A stretch of 64,000 bases of DNA from Octopus bimaculoides (Eukaryota), in NCBI RefSeq assembly GCF_001194135.2, contig NC_069005.1, forward strand, positions 19,851,887-19,915,886. The letters run 5' to 3'. Shown here one piece after another: positions 37,268 through 51,710 of this stretch. The notes under the pieces were generated by a model, which saw only the letters and a program-made list of their open reading frames with translations, searched no databases and had not been told where the DNA came from. A program made the position numbers and the translations under genes. The stretch's first letter is position 1; every line of letters starts with the position of its first letter.

Positions 37268-37491
37268 CCAGTTTGTGTTCAGGAAATTGTTGGCTGAAAA
37301 GAAAACCCATTTCTGAATTAGGATCAATAATAACAACAATAGTAAAAGAAAAAAAAGTATATGAAATAAAAAGATTTAAGCCCCAAAGAAATTAAACCCC
37401 TCCCTCTCAAGATTTCTGGCTCGACTTTTAGATCTGTTATAAACTGTAGGTATCTTCTTTTACACCCCTGTCTTAGCCTCAGGTCATACTA

Positions 37492-37531
<40 letters not shown>

Positions 37532-37557
37532 ACCTACTCGTACTTTCTCTCTCTCTA

Positions 37558-37603
<46 letters not shown>

Positions 37604-37839
37604 GCTAGCTATCTTGCTAGGTAGCTATCTATATTTTGATTGATTCATCTTATCTATCTATCTTTCTGTCTGTTTATGTATGTTAACGGTAATGAAAGGA
37701 AAGAAAAAGAACTCAATACTGGAGATTGAGGATAAATAATTTAATTCAGTCAACTGGGAATTAAAGACTGGCTGAAACTCTTGAGTATCATCAAATGTTG
37801 GCATGTTTGAGACACATTTGAATCGTAGGTCGACCAGAA

Positions 37840-38170
37840 TGGTCAGCTAGTTCATTATGGTGTGGTTGAGTCAGTTAGTCTGCTAAATGTTATGGCGAGG
37901 TCACCCAGTTAACTGGACATTATGTTGTGTCTGGCTAGTTCGTTGAATATTACGAGGAGGTCACCTAGTTGACTGAACATTATAGAGAGGTCACCTAGTT
38001 CACTGAACATTATTGAGAGGTCAGCTGGTTCACTAAACAATTTAGTTGAGCTGGCTGTTCATTACTGAATATTACAATATGTCTGGCTGATTTGCAAGAA
38101 TGTTTGGTCTGGTCAACCAGTTCCCTGAACTCACTGGGCAATGTATGGCCAGTGGCTTCATTGAACACCT
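37840..38170. repeat. Degenerate minisatellite, about 29-bp unit (gaggtcacctagttcactgaacattat)
   Basis: At least five recognisable copies. Confidence 0.7.
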
Positions 38171-38598
38171 TAACAATGTCCATATATATATGCTGAATCC
38201 TGTACAGCTATTTTGAGACTGATCCTGAGTACTTTTGTGATGTGTTCACTAAATCTTGTGAGATGGGTTGTACAGCACTGCTCAATATTATGTTCTGTCC
38301 AACATGTTCACCAGATTTTGTGGACCATTCAATGGTGTTTACCATAAGAACAGAAGGAGAAGGACACACAGACACAACACCAATGAATATTAAAGAAGCA
38401 AGCCTTTACTGCATAATCTTATCTTTTATATATATATATATTATATATATATATATATANNNNNNNNNNNNNNNNNNNNNNNNNNNNNNNNNNNNNNNNN
38501 NNNNNNNNNNNNNNATTTTAAAGTTATGTCCAAGGTAGAAGAGGGGGTTCATTAGGAAGGTTTGCCCATAACAGTAATATTATTATCAGCAGCAGCAC

Positions 38599-38646
<48 letters not shown>

Positions 38647-39597
38647 TAGTAGTGAAATACAATTTAAATTAAAAAAACGTCAAATTTTAGAAATGGTTAA
38701 TCTTTATTATTCTCATCATGAGTCATTATCATGATCATTGTCAACATTATCATTATCATTATTGTCCACTGATTCACCACCACCACCACCATCACATCCC
38801 CCACTCATACTTACGAACCAACTGACAAACAACTTGCTGTATATTTCTGCTGCAGTCTTACCTACCTTCCTTGGTTCTGGGGTTTCTTGGGTTTTTTTGG
38901 GGGTTTTTTTAAACCCAATTTATTAGTGGGATGGAGTTGTGAGATAGAAAGAGAGCAAAGGAGAAAGTTGTTTATTAGGCTTGACAGAAAGAAAGAAAGA
39001 AAGAGGGGTAATGGAGGATATTACTTTGTCTCTCTCCTTATTCTAATTGAATCTATTTTAGATTTTAGTAATGAAACAGTGTGTGCAAGAAGTTCTGAGG
39101 ATTTATGATTTGATCTGGAACTTCTCCCCACATTGAAGGGGGCTTACTCTTGTAAAACACAGCACCCTATAGAATTCTTATTCTACTGTGTATGTGTGAG
39201 GGGGTCGGGTGTCTTGGTGGTCGGTGGGGGCAGCAGAGAAGAGTTGTTGTGTCTGAATTGATGCTAAAACGTTAGAAGTTGTTGTTGATTTCTATTTATA
39301 CCCCATATGTCTATGGAAATGGTTGTTAGATAGGTTGGCAGGAATTAGAGAGAGGGAAAGAAAGGAAAAAAAAAAGGAATACAAGTAAAATAAAATAAGC
39401 AAAACAGGAAAATCAAAAACACCCGACTGTGTTATTTCTTTTCTTTGCCAACCTCAAAACAACAACAATCTTGAGTGTGATGGTGGTGGTGGTGGAGACT
39501 TAGCAAAGGGAGGCTGGGCAGCTCCGAAAAATCGCATCCATTTATTTATCATTTCAACAATCATAATTTCATGTTTTGCAAACAGTGTGTGTGCATA

Positions 39598-39654
<57 letters not shown>

Positions 39655-41252
39655 TGTATATCATGGTTTTTAGTTTTAGTGAAGTACAGGGTATTTCGTT
39701 AAGTTCAAATAATGTAGTTCATTGTGTGTATGTGTATAAGCTTACATACATGTATATATACATATATACATATATACACCTGTAATTATAACAATACCCA
39801 GATGGAGGTTGTTTTTCACATAACTTTGTTTAGCCAGAAAATAACTGTAGAAATAGAGAAAGCCTCTCTCTCTCAAAATGTCTTTTTAGGTAACCAACTT
39901 TCAGAGCCATGGCACCAAGCCTAAATATATGTCTGTGTGTGTATGTGTGTGTACATGTATACTTGTGTTGGTGTGTAGGTATTAAATTTATAAACAAAAA
40001 AAAAAGCAAAATATAAATACCAATTCTGGTCTGAAACAGTTCTCTGTAAGTAGTTACCAAATTGGTTCCAGAATAGTTTAAGGAATGAGGTGAAAGCCAA
40101 CGAATCATAAAATATTGGAAGCACCTGACAGAACGTTTGAACATTTGCTGGATCCTGGCACAAGAATTCCACTATTTTATTGTTGGAAATCAGGCAAACT
40201 CCAAGAAAGCTGAAGAATTTCTTGAAATCTTAGAAGAGAAAAAGAGGTTTATTAGAAGGGAAATGGAAATTTTAAAAAAGTAAAGAGAGAAGCGTAAGAT
40301 TTAATGAACTTTGTCTGATATATACATACATGTATGTGTATATGTATGGTGAATGTGTGTGTGTGTATACACAAAAACACACTATCATTTATCACTGAAA
40401 ATGTTAAATTTCACACCTTGCCATTTTCTTACTTCTGTAAACTTGATGTTTCTCTTCTATGGAAAACAAGATCTAAGAATTGCATCACTAATTGTGTGTG
40501 TCAGTGGTTCAGTGGTATAACAATGTTATTATACTTAGTTTAGATTCGAACATTGCAAGTTCGAATCCAACTCAGCAAGGTGTATACATCTAATGCACGG
40601 AACATTAAAACTTCAGTCAGAAATCAAAACAATTGAAATAATTCCTTTAAAATTATAATATTAGTAACTACAACTCATCTCAGATATTTTTCATATCTGA
40701 TAATAACCATGTTATAATAATAGTTATTATTATTAGAAGTAGTATTATTATTATAATGATGTTTTCCTTATATTTTAGCATTTGTTTCATAAGTTACTAA
40801 AAACATTGTATGGGATTTGTTACTCTTAGCATAAAAGAAGGTATCATTGCTTCAAGACAGCCGTTGGTGGTCCAATATTTTGAGGTTTTGTTCAACTGTC
40901 CTCTCAGTGGGTCTGGGATTTTTAGAAGGAAAAAAAGAAGCAAAGAAGCGAAGCTTGATAAAAAATAAACATCTTATTTGTTTTTATCTTTTCATTTCGG
41001 TTTCTTTTCCAAAATGGGATTTGATTTGAAAATTTCCAAATGTAACCATTTAAAGATAAAGTAGCAATAGAACACAAGCGGTGCTTTCTTGTAAAACCTT
41101 GATTTACTTTAGCGTGTGCATTTATATATATATATATATATACATATGTATATGTATAATGTCTTGTCTCATCTTGGTTTCCCCGGGTATGCCTTTATGT
41201 AACAACAATGAAGGTGAGATTATAAAATGTATGGTTCTGATTCAACTGAGAG

Positions 41253-41301
<49 letters not shown>

Positions 41302-42212
41302 GAAATAATGATAAGCTTAATAAAGAAAAAATCTTCGGGGGGGAAAAGTCCTAAAGATATAAGAAGACAGATGAGCAACCAACAACACAACAAAAAATCT
41401 GGCTAAATGAAACATTTAAGAGAATGGTAGACATGAAAACCCGAAAACCAGAGAAATCAATGAACTAATCTCACAGTTGCCTACATCCTTCTTCAACCGT
41501 TGTACTCACAAATCTTTAAACGATATTGATACTTTGTGAGATTGTTTTCTGGCCAACTCTCTCTTTATCCCTCTCGCAGTTTATTCGGCTTCCCTTTTTC
41601 AAGACAATAAACTTAATAAAAAAGAAAAAGAAGAGAAAGGGTGCAAAATGGTGTTTTTCTTAATGTATTTGAAACCAATTATTCTTCAATGTCATCTCAA
41701 ACTTGCCCAGGAACTTGGAAGAAAACAAAACTAACAAACAAAAAGACAAAATTCTTAAAGACAAATTCAAAAGGGCTAACGTCTGCTGAAGTTTCTGGAA
41801 AGGTTAGAAAGAAACTCTATGAACTGCATGATTCTTTGATGTGAATTTGGCATCTTTTATTTCAGTTTTCTGTTTGTCTTCATCTTCTATTTAAAGTCTC
41901 CCTACTTACCATTAATTGTTATGTGTGCGTGCATGTGCATGCATATGTATAATATGAGTATATATGCATATACTTATATTATGTAATACATATATATGTA
42001 AATACATATATATATATATATATTACGTAATATGTGTATATGTATGTAAATATGTATTATATATTTTATACCATATTTATATATATATAGTATATATTAC
42101 ACATGTAGTATGTAATATATCATATGCGCACACACCTTCATGTGAACAGGATTAACATGCAAGTCTATTAAAGTCATGAAAAAATGCTTGGCAGAGTGGG
42201 GGAAATGTACAG

Positions 42213-42283
<71 letters not shown>

Positions 42284-42925
42284 ATATATATGTGTGTGTG
42301 TGTGTTTAGATAACTGACCACTCTGTTGTTTGTTTACAGGAATCCATTAGTTACATGTAAACAATATCAAAGAGGAGAGTGTAGGGTCTTCACCTCATTC
42401 CTCTCTTCTCCAATGATCTACAGTCAGAAATTTGGATGTGATGTTTGTGTGAAACCTTGATATGAGCTTTAATAATCTTGTTATTTGGACACATAGAAAT
42501 ACATACATGCATATGCAAAGAGTGACACACAGAGAAAATGATCATAATTTGTCTTTGCATATATCATTGTATTTGTGTGTATATGTGTGTATGCATGCGC
42601 ACGTGCACACTCACATACACATATGTCATCATCAATGTTAATGTCCGTTTTCCATGTTGGCCTGAGTTGACTGTTTGACGGGCTGGTAAGCCCTCATCAT
42701 CATCATCATCATCATCTAACATGCAATCTCCATGCTCACATGGGTTAAATATATATGTGTGCGTGTGTATATGAAAGAGAGAGAGAGTATATGTATGTTC
42801 ACAGGCGTATACATGCTCATGGATGAACGATAGCTATGTGTGAGTGTGTGTATATGTATGAAAGCAAATGTATACATGCTAAATGCCATTAACTTTATTT
42901 TGTTGTATTTGGCTGTATATAAAGC

Positions 42926-42962
<37 letters not shown>

Positions 42963-43280
42963 TTGATGAACATTAGAAATAATACATTGATGCTTCTGTT
43001 ACATGTTGCTATACTGGTTGTTTTGAGTAGTGCATGTCCTAATTGAAAAGGAAAGTTGATTTTGTACTTGTGGGAGGTGGGGCAGGGAAGGCAGTGATGG
43101 TGGGGAGGTCTATTAAAAAATATCAATTTTTTCCCTTTTTTTTTGAATTTATTTGTATTTGATTTGCAAATTACGTTGTACACATTTATTTGTACTGTAC
43201 ATATGTATATTATTCACTTCCTTCTCTCTCCACTCTCTTTGTCTTTCTCTGTCTTTCTCTTTCTGTCTCTGTCTTTCCCT

Positions 43281-43318
<38 letters not shown>

Positions 43319-45479
43319 TATTGTCCTTGTCTTTTTATTTCTCTCTTTCTCACACACAAACACATACTTTTGTTCATTCATTGGTTCATTTAATGTTCAT
43401 TTCTTTTCATGGTAGCATGAATTAGAAAGGGACTTATTTCAATCAGGATTTTACAATCAGATGTTCTTCCCCTTGGTAATCCTTACTTCCCTCCTCGAGT
43501 AAGGGATTTTGTTTTTATTTCAGAGGTTTTAGAAAAATTCAGCACAGTCAACCGTCAACATCATTGCCATTTCACTGAGGCACTGACAAGCATAGAATAT
43601 CAACAACTGTGCACATACACAGACAAGCACACTACATAATACATATACACACATATGCATATATATACGTGAGTGTATATATATGTGTGTATGTGCATGG
43701 CACCTTGGACAAGTGTCTTCCACTATAGTCTCAGACTGACCAAATCCTTATGAGTGGATTTGGTAGACAAAAACTGAAAGAAACCTTGCGTATATGAGTG
43801 TGTGTGTGTGTGTGTGTGTGTGTGCATAAGCAAACAAATGGGGGTGCATTGCACTGCAATAAATATTTCAAAAGTTAGACAGAGAAAGGAAAAATAGACA
43901 AAAACTGGGCGAAAACATAACAGACAGAAAAGGGAGAGAAAAACACAATGCAAGGAACATTTGAAGGTGATTTTCTCATCAGTTGGTTTCTGAAACATCT
44001 TCGTGGTTTTGCAATATTTAAAACAAAGACCACTGTTATAAACAGGAGCACCAGAGCATAGAGCTACAGGAAAAGGCTGACAAATAACATTGTGTATACA
44101 ATAAGAAATAATGATGATATAACAGACAAGGAATGGTATATATATACAATAGAAAATGCCTTATAGCTGCACAATAAGCAAAAGGTATAATTATATATGT
44201 ACGTGTGACCTTGTGTCACTGTTTATCCCCCAACTGATGTGGATGTGTTTACAACCCCTGTTATCTAGCAGTTGGGCAAAAAGAGACTGATAGAATAAGT
44301 ACCAGCCTTAACAAAAGGTAAGTGCTGGAGACGATCCATCTGATTAAAACTTTTTTAAGGTGATGCCCCAGTATGGCCGCAGGCTAATGACTGAAACAAG
44401 TAAAAGATAGATGTATGTGTACACACACACACACGCACACACACACGCGCGCGCGCACGCACACACACGCACACACACACACACACACATATTTATTCAA
44501 AACGTTTGTGTGTGTGTGTGGTGTGTATATTTTGTGTGTGATCAAGGTATTTCAGCTGGTATAGTATATCAAGGGCTACACAATCCAATGTGATGTCTTT
44601 TTTTGTTAAGGTAGGTAGGCTGGGACTTGGGAGAGATTTGGCAGCTGTAAGTAGAGTAACAACGTTAAAGACTCCTTCATTAATTTGATGCAAGTAGTAG
44701 AAAATAGTTTAATGTAGCAAAGAAGAGAAGGGACTCAGAAATATAAATAGAACGAGGAGGACTCTGGTTGGTAAAGAAAATTGTGCCTTTAAGTCAGACC
44801 ACACAGCATCATTCTGAATTTTTGAATGCTTACTAGAGTTATCTCCCCTGCAACAACTAGTTCTGCGTTGTGTGAATATATCTATATATGCACACACATA
44901 TATGTTCATGCATTTGCATGTATATGTGGGTGTATATATGTAAAATAGGTATAACTACACATAATTTCTTATATATATATATACACGTGTGTGTGTATAT
45001 ATACATTTACTTGTATGTGTGTGTAAATACACACACGCAAACAAACCAAATTGGTTGCAATCATTGGACATTAGCAACAGCAATAAGACTCATCAAAATA
45101 TGTAATTATTAAAATTGTCAAATTATCCATTCCTACATGTATCATTGATTGGCAAACACTTAACGAATGCAGCAAGATGGTACATGTTGGAGGGTTCATT
45201 ATGGGTGGGGGGGTGACACATATTTAATATTTCAGTTTTATAAACATTTTGGTTGATGTGACTCCTCATTTTCTTTTCAGTAATTAATGTTTCTTGTTTA
45301 ATTATTCTAACATTAAGTATGTTATCTATATATTTATTTATTTATAAGCGTGTTTGTGTTACCAATTGATTCATTGCTTGTTTTATTACTTATTATATTT
45401 TTATTTTTCCATATTTTTATTCTTATTATATCTGGTATTATTGTTGTTTCATTATTATTGTTGTTGTTATTGTGGATTT

Positions 45480-46890
45480 GTAGAGTTGTTAAAGCATTGC
45501 AAAATTGCTTTGCTGTATTTATTCCAGTTCTTTACATCCTGAGTTCAAATTCCGCCAAGATTGATTTTACCTTTCATCTGTTCAGGGTCAATATAATGTG
45601 TACCAATTTAGCACTGGTGACAATATAATGAACTTACCCCCTTCTTCAAAAGTGCTGGCCTTGTGCCAAAATTAGAAAGAATCATTATCATTATTATTTT
45701 TATCATTATTATTATTATTATTATTATTACTAGAATGATGAATTAGCAGAATCATTCAGACATCAAACAAAATGCCTTACCTATTTGTTCCAGCTGTTTT
45801 TATTCTGAGTTCAAGTTTTGCCTTTCATCCCTCCAGGGTCAGTAAAATAAAACACTAATCAGGAAATAGGGTCAGTGTAATTGACTAATCTCCCTGCTCT
45901 CGTAAAACAAATTTTAATTACTTGTGCCAAAGTTAGAAAGGATTACTTTTAAGGTGGTGAGCTAGCAGAATTCTTAGCATGCCAGACAAAATGCTTAGCA
46001 GCATTTCATCCATCTTTACATTCTGAGCTCAAATTCCACTAAGTTTGACTTTGCCTTTCATCATTTTCGGGTTGATGAAATAAGTACCAGTCAAGTACTT
46101 GGGTCGATGTAATTGACTAGCCCCACTTCCCTAATATTTCAGGCCTTGTGCCTATAGTTGAAAGGACTATTATTATTTGATGTGGTTCATTTTCAGTCTT
46201 ACTCCTTGTAGAATTTATGTGGGTGGCAGGTCACTACATATACCCTCAGATCTCCACACAGTTTCAGTAAGTGCTCAAAACCCTCCTGATGATCTTTCCT
46301 ATTCCTAAGAGGCAAACTTTCTGTAGAAGTTCTCCAGGACATTCCATTTCAATCTACTTTATCCATTTGTCGATAGGAAATTATTATTATTACTATTATT
46401 GTCATTATTATTATTATTATTGCAGTGAGCTGCAGAATTTTTGGTATGTCAGACAAAATGCCTCATGGCATTTCTTCAGAAATAGTTGGAAGAAACACCA
46501 CTAGGCATTTTGTTCGACACACTAAAAATTGTGTGGCTCATTGCTTTGATAATAAAGTTGTGAGTTCAAATTTCGCCAAAGTTAACTTTGCCTTTCACCT
46601 CTTTGAGGGTCAATAAAACAAGTAGCAGTCAAATACATAATCAAGTAGCCCCTCCCCACAAATTTGTCAGGTCTTGTGCCTACAATAGAAGTAGTTATTA
46701 TTTTCAAGTTATTATTTTGCAGCATTTCCTCCAGGCTTATGTTCTGGGTTCAAATTCCTCCAAGGTCAGCTTTGCCTTTCATCTTTTCAGGGTTGATAAA
46801 ATAAATACCTGTTGTACACTGGGGTTAATGTAATCAACCAACCCTTCTCCACCAAACTTTCAGGCCTTATGCCTACAATAGAAAGCATTA
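45480..46890 (+). mobile_element. Head-to-tail cluster of about five SINE family A copies separated by (ATT)n
   Basis: B-box core (ga/gg)gttcaaa near 45541, 45807, 46026 (variant gagctcaaa), 46562 and 46747, each followed by tttgcctttcatc-like sequence. Confidence 0.75.
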
Positions 46891-46951
46891 TTATTTTCAT
46901 TCTTATCATTTGCATTATTTTTATTTGCCTTATTTGCATTATCCTTATTTC

Positions 46952-46996
<45 letters not shown>

Positions 46997-47065
46997 TTGC
47001 CTTTTAATTTTATTTTCCTTTTAATTTAATCCATTTTCCTTTGTTGACCTTCCTTTTTTTGTCAG

Positions 47066-48010
47066 GCCTCCTCCACCACTACCGCCATCTTCACTTCCTC
47101 TTTCTCAACCTTTCCCCGGGTTTCCCCACATGGAATCTGCAGTGATGAAACAAAGTTCGCAGTCCTCCACTTCGGATGGCAACTACAGTAGTTTCCAATC
47201 ATCGGAGACGGTCAAATCATCTTCGATGTCAACCCATAGCACATCAGCAGATGAAACTTGCGGTACCACTGCATTCACGGGCCTCGTTGATGTCCCGTCT
47301 GCCTTTGCACCTGTCCATCCTCTTGGACCAGCTCCAGTGATTTCCGAGCAAATGGAATCAAAGACTTCCCAGAGTTATTCAAAGCTGGAGAGCACCGACT
47401 CGAAATCTGAAGTGATGCAGAAGAGCGAACAGTCAACAATGGAGCGATCAGAGAAATATGCCATGTCTTCATCGACACTGCAACAACAACAACAACAACA
47501 ACAACAACACCAACAACTGCCACAGCTTCAACAGCCCCCTTTGATGATGATGATGATGAGTAACAAAATGCAGAGCGAGAGTCAGGGCCAGGGCTTGCCC
47601 ATAGCGGACATGAACGCTCCGCCTTTCCCTGTCCAGCAGAGCTACGAAACTAAGTCTGAGCAGAGTCACATTTACAAGAAGATTGAGCACAGTGACGTGT
47701 CCCAGGGTTTTCCCTGCCCACCGCCACCACCACCGCCCCTAGCTCCTTCGGCACAGCCGATTCCGCTACAGATCGGTGCTGGTCAAGCGGATAGTTATTA
47801 CCAACAACAGCAACAGCAATATCAGCAACAGCAGCAGCAGCAGGACTCCAGCCCTGGTTACCAGGTGTTATCTCCCTTCCAGAGCTCACAACACTATGAA
47901 TCTAGTGTCTCCGAACAACAACAACAACACCAACAGCAGCAACAGCAAGAGGTCGTCACCTCTTCCATGCAGCAACACTCCTCTGTATCTGCTTCGGACA
48001 ATTTCCAGAG
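47066..48010 (+). CDS. Ser/Gln/Pro-rich candidate cassette exon (945 bp, phase 2-2), probably paxillin
   Basis: Acceptor ccttccttttttt gtcag|G, then open frame PPPPLPPSSLPLSQPFPGFPHMESAVMKQ... with mixed CAA/CAG poly-Q. Donor TTCCAGAG|GTTAGA. 945 bp is divisible by 3 and joins in frame to 53809 (AG+C = Ser). Confidence 0.75.
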
Positions 48011-48083
48011 GTTAGATTCCATCCCAGTGCATGACCGAGTGAAGTGCTTAACCTGAAACTGCATTCTTAACAAATCAACATAT

Positions 48084-48123
<40 letters not shown>

Positions 48124-48277
48124 TTGCAAGATTTTTGATGTGAAATCGTGTGTTGAAACAGATGTTGTTGTACTTGGGGATGGTCATATTGCCAGTTTAG
48201 CCAATAAAAACACACGCACTGTATATTTGGTGTTAATTTGCTTCAGCTTTATATTACATTAATCTTAATCTTATTTC

Positions 48278-48322
48278 GGCCAGAGTTCTTTCGTCACACT
48301 TCTGTGACCTCATCAGTGGTCC
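48278..48322 (-). ncRNA. Minimal type I hammerhead ribozyme-like fold
   Basis: Minus strand reads GGACCA CUGAUGA G GUCACA gaag UGUGAC GAAA G aa CUC UGGCC. This gives core CUGAUGA...GAAA, a 6-bp stem II, a 2-bp stem III, cleavage triplet CUC and stem I GG(A)CCA/UGGCC. Confidence 0.6.
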
Positions 48323-48702
48323 TTTGTTTCCTTCTTTCTTATGTGTGTCTCACCTTGCTAACTATCAGCCATTTTGTATATTTTCAAAATGGCTGATAGN
48401 NNNNNNNNNNNNNNNNNNNNNNNNNNNNNNNNNNNNNNNNNNNNNNNNNNNNNNNNNNNNNNNNNNNNNNNNNNNNNNNNNNNNNNNNNNNNNNNNNNNN
48501 NNNNNNNNNNNNNNNNNNNNNNNNNNNNNNNNNNNNNNNNNNNNNNNNNNNNNNNNNNNNNNNNNNNNNNNNNNNNNNNNNNNNNNNNNNNNNNNNNNNN
48601 NNNNNNNNNNNNNNNNNNNNNNNNNNNNNNNNNNNNNNNNNNNNNNNNNNNNNNNNNNNNNNNNNNNNNNNNNNNNNNNNNNNNNNNNNNNNNNNNNNNN
48701 NN

Positions 48703-48734
<32 letters not shown>

Positions 48735-49115
48735 GAATATGTGTGTATATGTGTATATCCACATATATACACACACATGTATACACAAACGTATGTACAC
48801 AGTATGTCCCATATCTAAGGCTACATTTAACATGAATTTCAGGTCTTAATTGTTGCCTTCCTTATGGGACAACTGGTGCCCGTCCATAGTTTGTTTCTTT
48901 CCTCCCACTCCCACTTAACCCTCACCTCCTCCTCCTTTTAGTTTTGTTTTTAACATTTATTTTTTGTTTTGTTTTGAATTTTTTGTTTTAATATTTAGTT
49001 GCTTTGGTTGCTTTTTTGTTGTAATTATTAGATATTGTTTTTTTCTTCTGTTGAATTATTTATGAAACCTAACTTCATTTCTGTTGGTATGTGCATGTAT
49101 GCGTGTGTGTGCTTT

Positions 49116-49151
<36 letters not shown>

Positions 49152-49349
49152 TGTCTGTGTGCATACTCACACACATTCACACTCATGTTGAAGTTTCTGA
49201 TTTTTCATTATCGTTATTAATTTTTATTATTATGTTTATGATTATCATAATTACTATTTTTGTTATTCTTGTTACTATTATTATTGTTACTCTTATTCCT
49301 ATTATCATTATTACTATTATTATTATATTATTATTATTATTTCTGATAT

Positions 49350-49560
49350 GGCAGTGAGCTGGCAAAATCATTAGCATGCCAGGTGAAATACTTAGTAGTA
49401 TTTGATCTGTCTATATGTTCTGAGTTCAAATTCCACCGAGGTCGACTTTGCCTTTCATCCTTCCAGGGTCGTTAAATTAAGTATCAGTGAAATACTGGGG
49501 TCGATGTAATCAGCTTGCTCCCTCCCTAAAATTTCCGGCCTTGTGCCTATAGTAGGCAGG
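49350..49560 (+). mobile_element. SINE family A copy
   Basis: ggcagtgagctggcaaaatc...gagttcaaattccaccgaggtcgactttgcctttcatcc. Confidence 0.75.
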
Positions 49561-50904
49561 ATTATTGTTGTTGTTGTTTTGTGGTGTATTAGTGAAGCCC
49601 CTTTATTTCTCCCGCAGGAGAAGTAAAGGGACATCACTTTTGTTCTTCTGGGTTGTGAAGGCAGCTGAGACTGCAATGTCACTGTCAACTCTTTCCTTGT
49701 TAAAATTAATAAATAGTCAGCTAGTGAGCTTTGTAAATACACACACACATATACACACATGTACACATGTGTGTATATGTGTGTGTGTGTAAAAGAAAGA
49801 GAATATGGTCTGTTTGTTGGGAGGGCAAAGAATAAAAGGACAGGATTTTACAATTTTTCTTATATTTTTAGTCTGGAGTTGCAATCGTGCAATGGTCAGC
49901 TTCATGTTTAATTCCTCCAAGGCTGTCATTGTTGTTTAGCTCTGATCAGTCCTAACAGAGCAGACCTAAAATCAAAGGCATTCAAGTGATGACCATCCCC
50001 GTCTAACTTATTTGCAGACTATGTCCTCTGTTGTTTAAACCCAAACCAATTCTGACTATGCAGATTTATGGTCAAAGGCATTCTAGCCATGACCATCTTG
50101 TCTTTTTTCCTGCTCAGTGAACATTAGATAAACATTAGATAAGCATTTACCTTTTCAAGAAATGTGTATTATTTTGTGAGAACTTTAGCTGCTATTTTAA
50201 GCAGATTGAATGACCTAGTAGAGGACTCCCTTGCTGGCTCATGTGGAACTGATGATATTGAAGTACTAATAATATGACAAAATGATTAATGGTATTTCTT
50301 CCAGTTCTTTACATTCTGAGTTCAAATCCTGCCAAAATCAACTTAGCCTTCCATATTTCAAGGTTGATAAGATAAAGCGTCAGCCAAGTAGTGGGGGTCA
50401 ATGTAATTAACTTGCTTTTTACCCTCAAAAATTGCTGGCCTGGAACCCTGTAATGAACTGGAGTCCCATTAAAGGGTGTGTTGTAATCTCCATCACTTAC
50501 ACACCATAGAAACAAAGTATCTGGCTTTATGGACCCTAGGGCTCAAGAAAAAAAAAATACATAGGAGGCACAGGTGTGGCTGTGTGGTAAGAAGCTTGCT
50601 TACCAATCATGTGGTCTTAGGTTCAGTCCTACTGCATAGCAGCAAGTGTCTTCTACTATAACTCCAGTTCGACCAATGCCCTGTGAGTGAATTTAGTAGA
50701 CAACAACCGTAAGAAGCCCATCATACACACACACACACACATTAATGAGTGGACAAACAAAAGAAAAGGGCACTCAACATATTTAGTAGGAGTTACATGT
50801 ATTATTTTCGGCAATCCAAAGCCTAAAAGATACAGGCTTCTGTTAGAAACCTGTGAAACTTTAAGTTGCATGGACCCATATCAAACTGATTTAAATAAAA
50901 TACA

Positions 50905-50959
<55 letters not shown>

Positions 50960-51481
50960 ATAGGGAGGCGTGAGTGTTGATGACTGTTTGATGCCGGTGG
51001 TTAGTGAACTTTTTTCCCCTCCCATTATCAACCATGTAAACATGGGTAATAGTGATGATAATAATGATGATGATGATGATGATGATGATGATCTTTATTA
51101 ACAGTGAGAGGTCCATGAGACACAGAAAAATGCTGTGAACATTAACAGGGGGTGGGCAGGAGGCACTTATGATGATGATGCCCCCTCCAATTTAATGTCC
51201 ATAGTATTTAATAATAATAATAATAATAATTACTTAATGTTTTCTTTTATTTTCTATTTCACACAAACATAAAGGTATTTTTGATATTTTGTTGTTTGTG
51301 TTTATTGCTCTTTTCTATGTTTTTGGTTTGTTTTTAAATTTGGTTGCTTTGATGTTTTCATACTTGCTGCTGCTCCTGCAAGCAGTGTGGTGAAAGCACT
51401 GGACTGGGTTTCTTTTTGGTATTTAGTTACATCCCTTAGTTCAAACCTCCACAAGGTTTATTTGCAACATGTATACACACA

Positions 51482-51710
51482 GGTGAGCTGGCAGAAACGT
51501 TAGCACGCCAGGCGAAACGCTTAGCCGTATTTCGTCTGCCGCTACGTTCCGAGTTCAAATTCCGCCGAGGTCGACTTTGCCTTTCATCCTTTCGGGGTCG
51601 ATTAAATAAGTACCAGTTACGCATTGGGGTCGATATAATCGACTTAATCCGTTTGTCTGTCCTTGTTTGTCCCCTCTGTGTGTAGCCCCTTGTGGGTAGT
51701 AAAGAAATAA
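51482..51710 (+). mobile_element. tRNA-derived SINE family A, best-preserved copy
   Basis: ggtgagctggcagaaacgttagcac...B-box gagttcaaattcc...gaggtcgactttgcctttcatcc...taagtaccag. More than 10 related copies in the window. May correspond to a published octopus SINE (OK/OR1/OR2); assignment not verified. Confidence 0.75.

Noticed and set aside
40090-40283. Protein-like open frame ending ...KKAEEFLEILEEKKRFIRREMEILKK*
   Set aside because: No ATG or good acceptor, no recognisable homology, and purine-rich bias can explain it.
41640-41808. Possible alternative first exon ending GGAAAG|GTTAGA at 41802
   Set aside because: The ATG frame is phase 0, incompatible with the phase-2 acceptors, and there is no independent promoter evidence. 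A UTR exon cannot be excluded.
49618-49740. Strong-looking acceptor tttatttctcccgcag|G
   Set aside because: No convincing in-phase donor, the peptide is not paxillin-like, and it directly follows a SINE.
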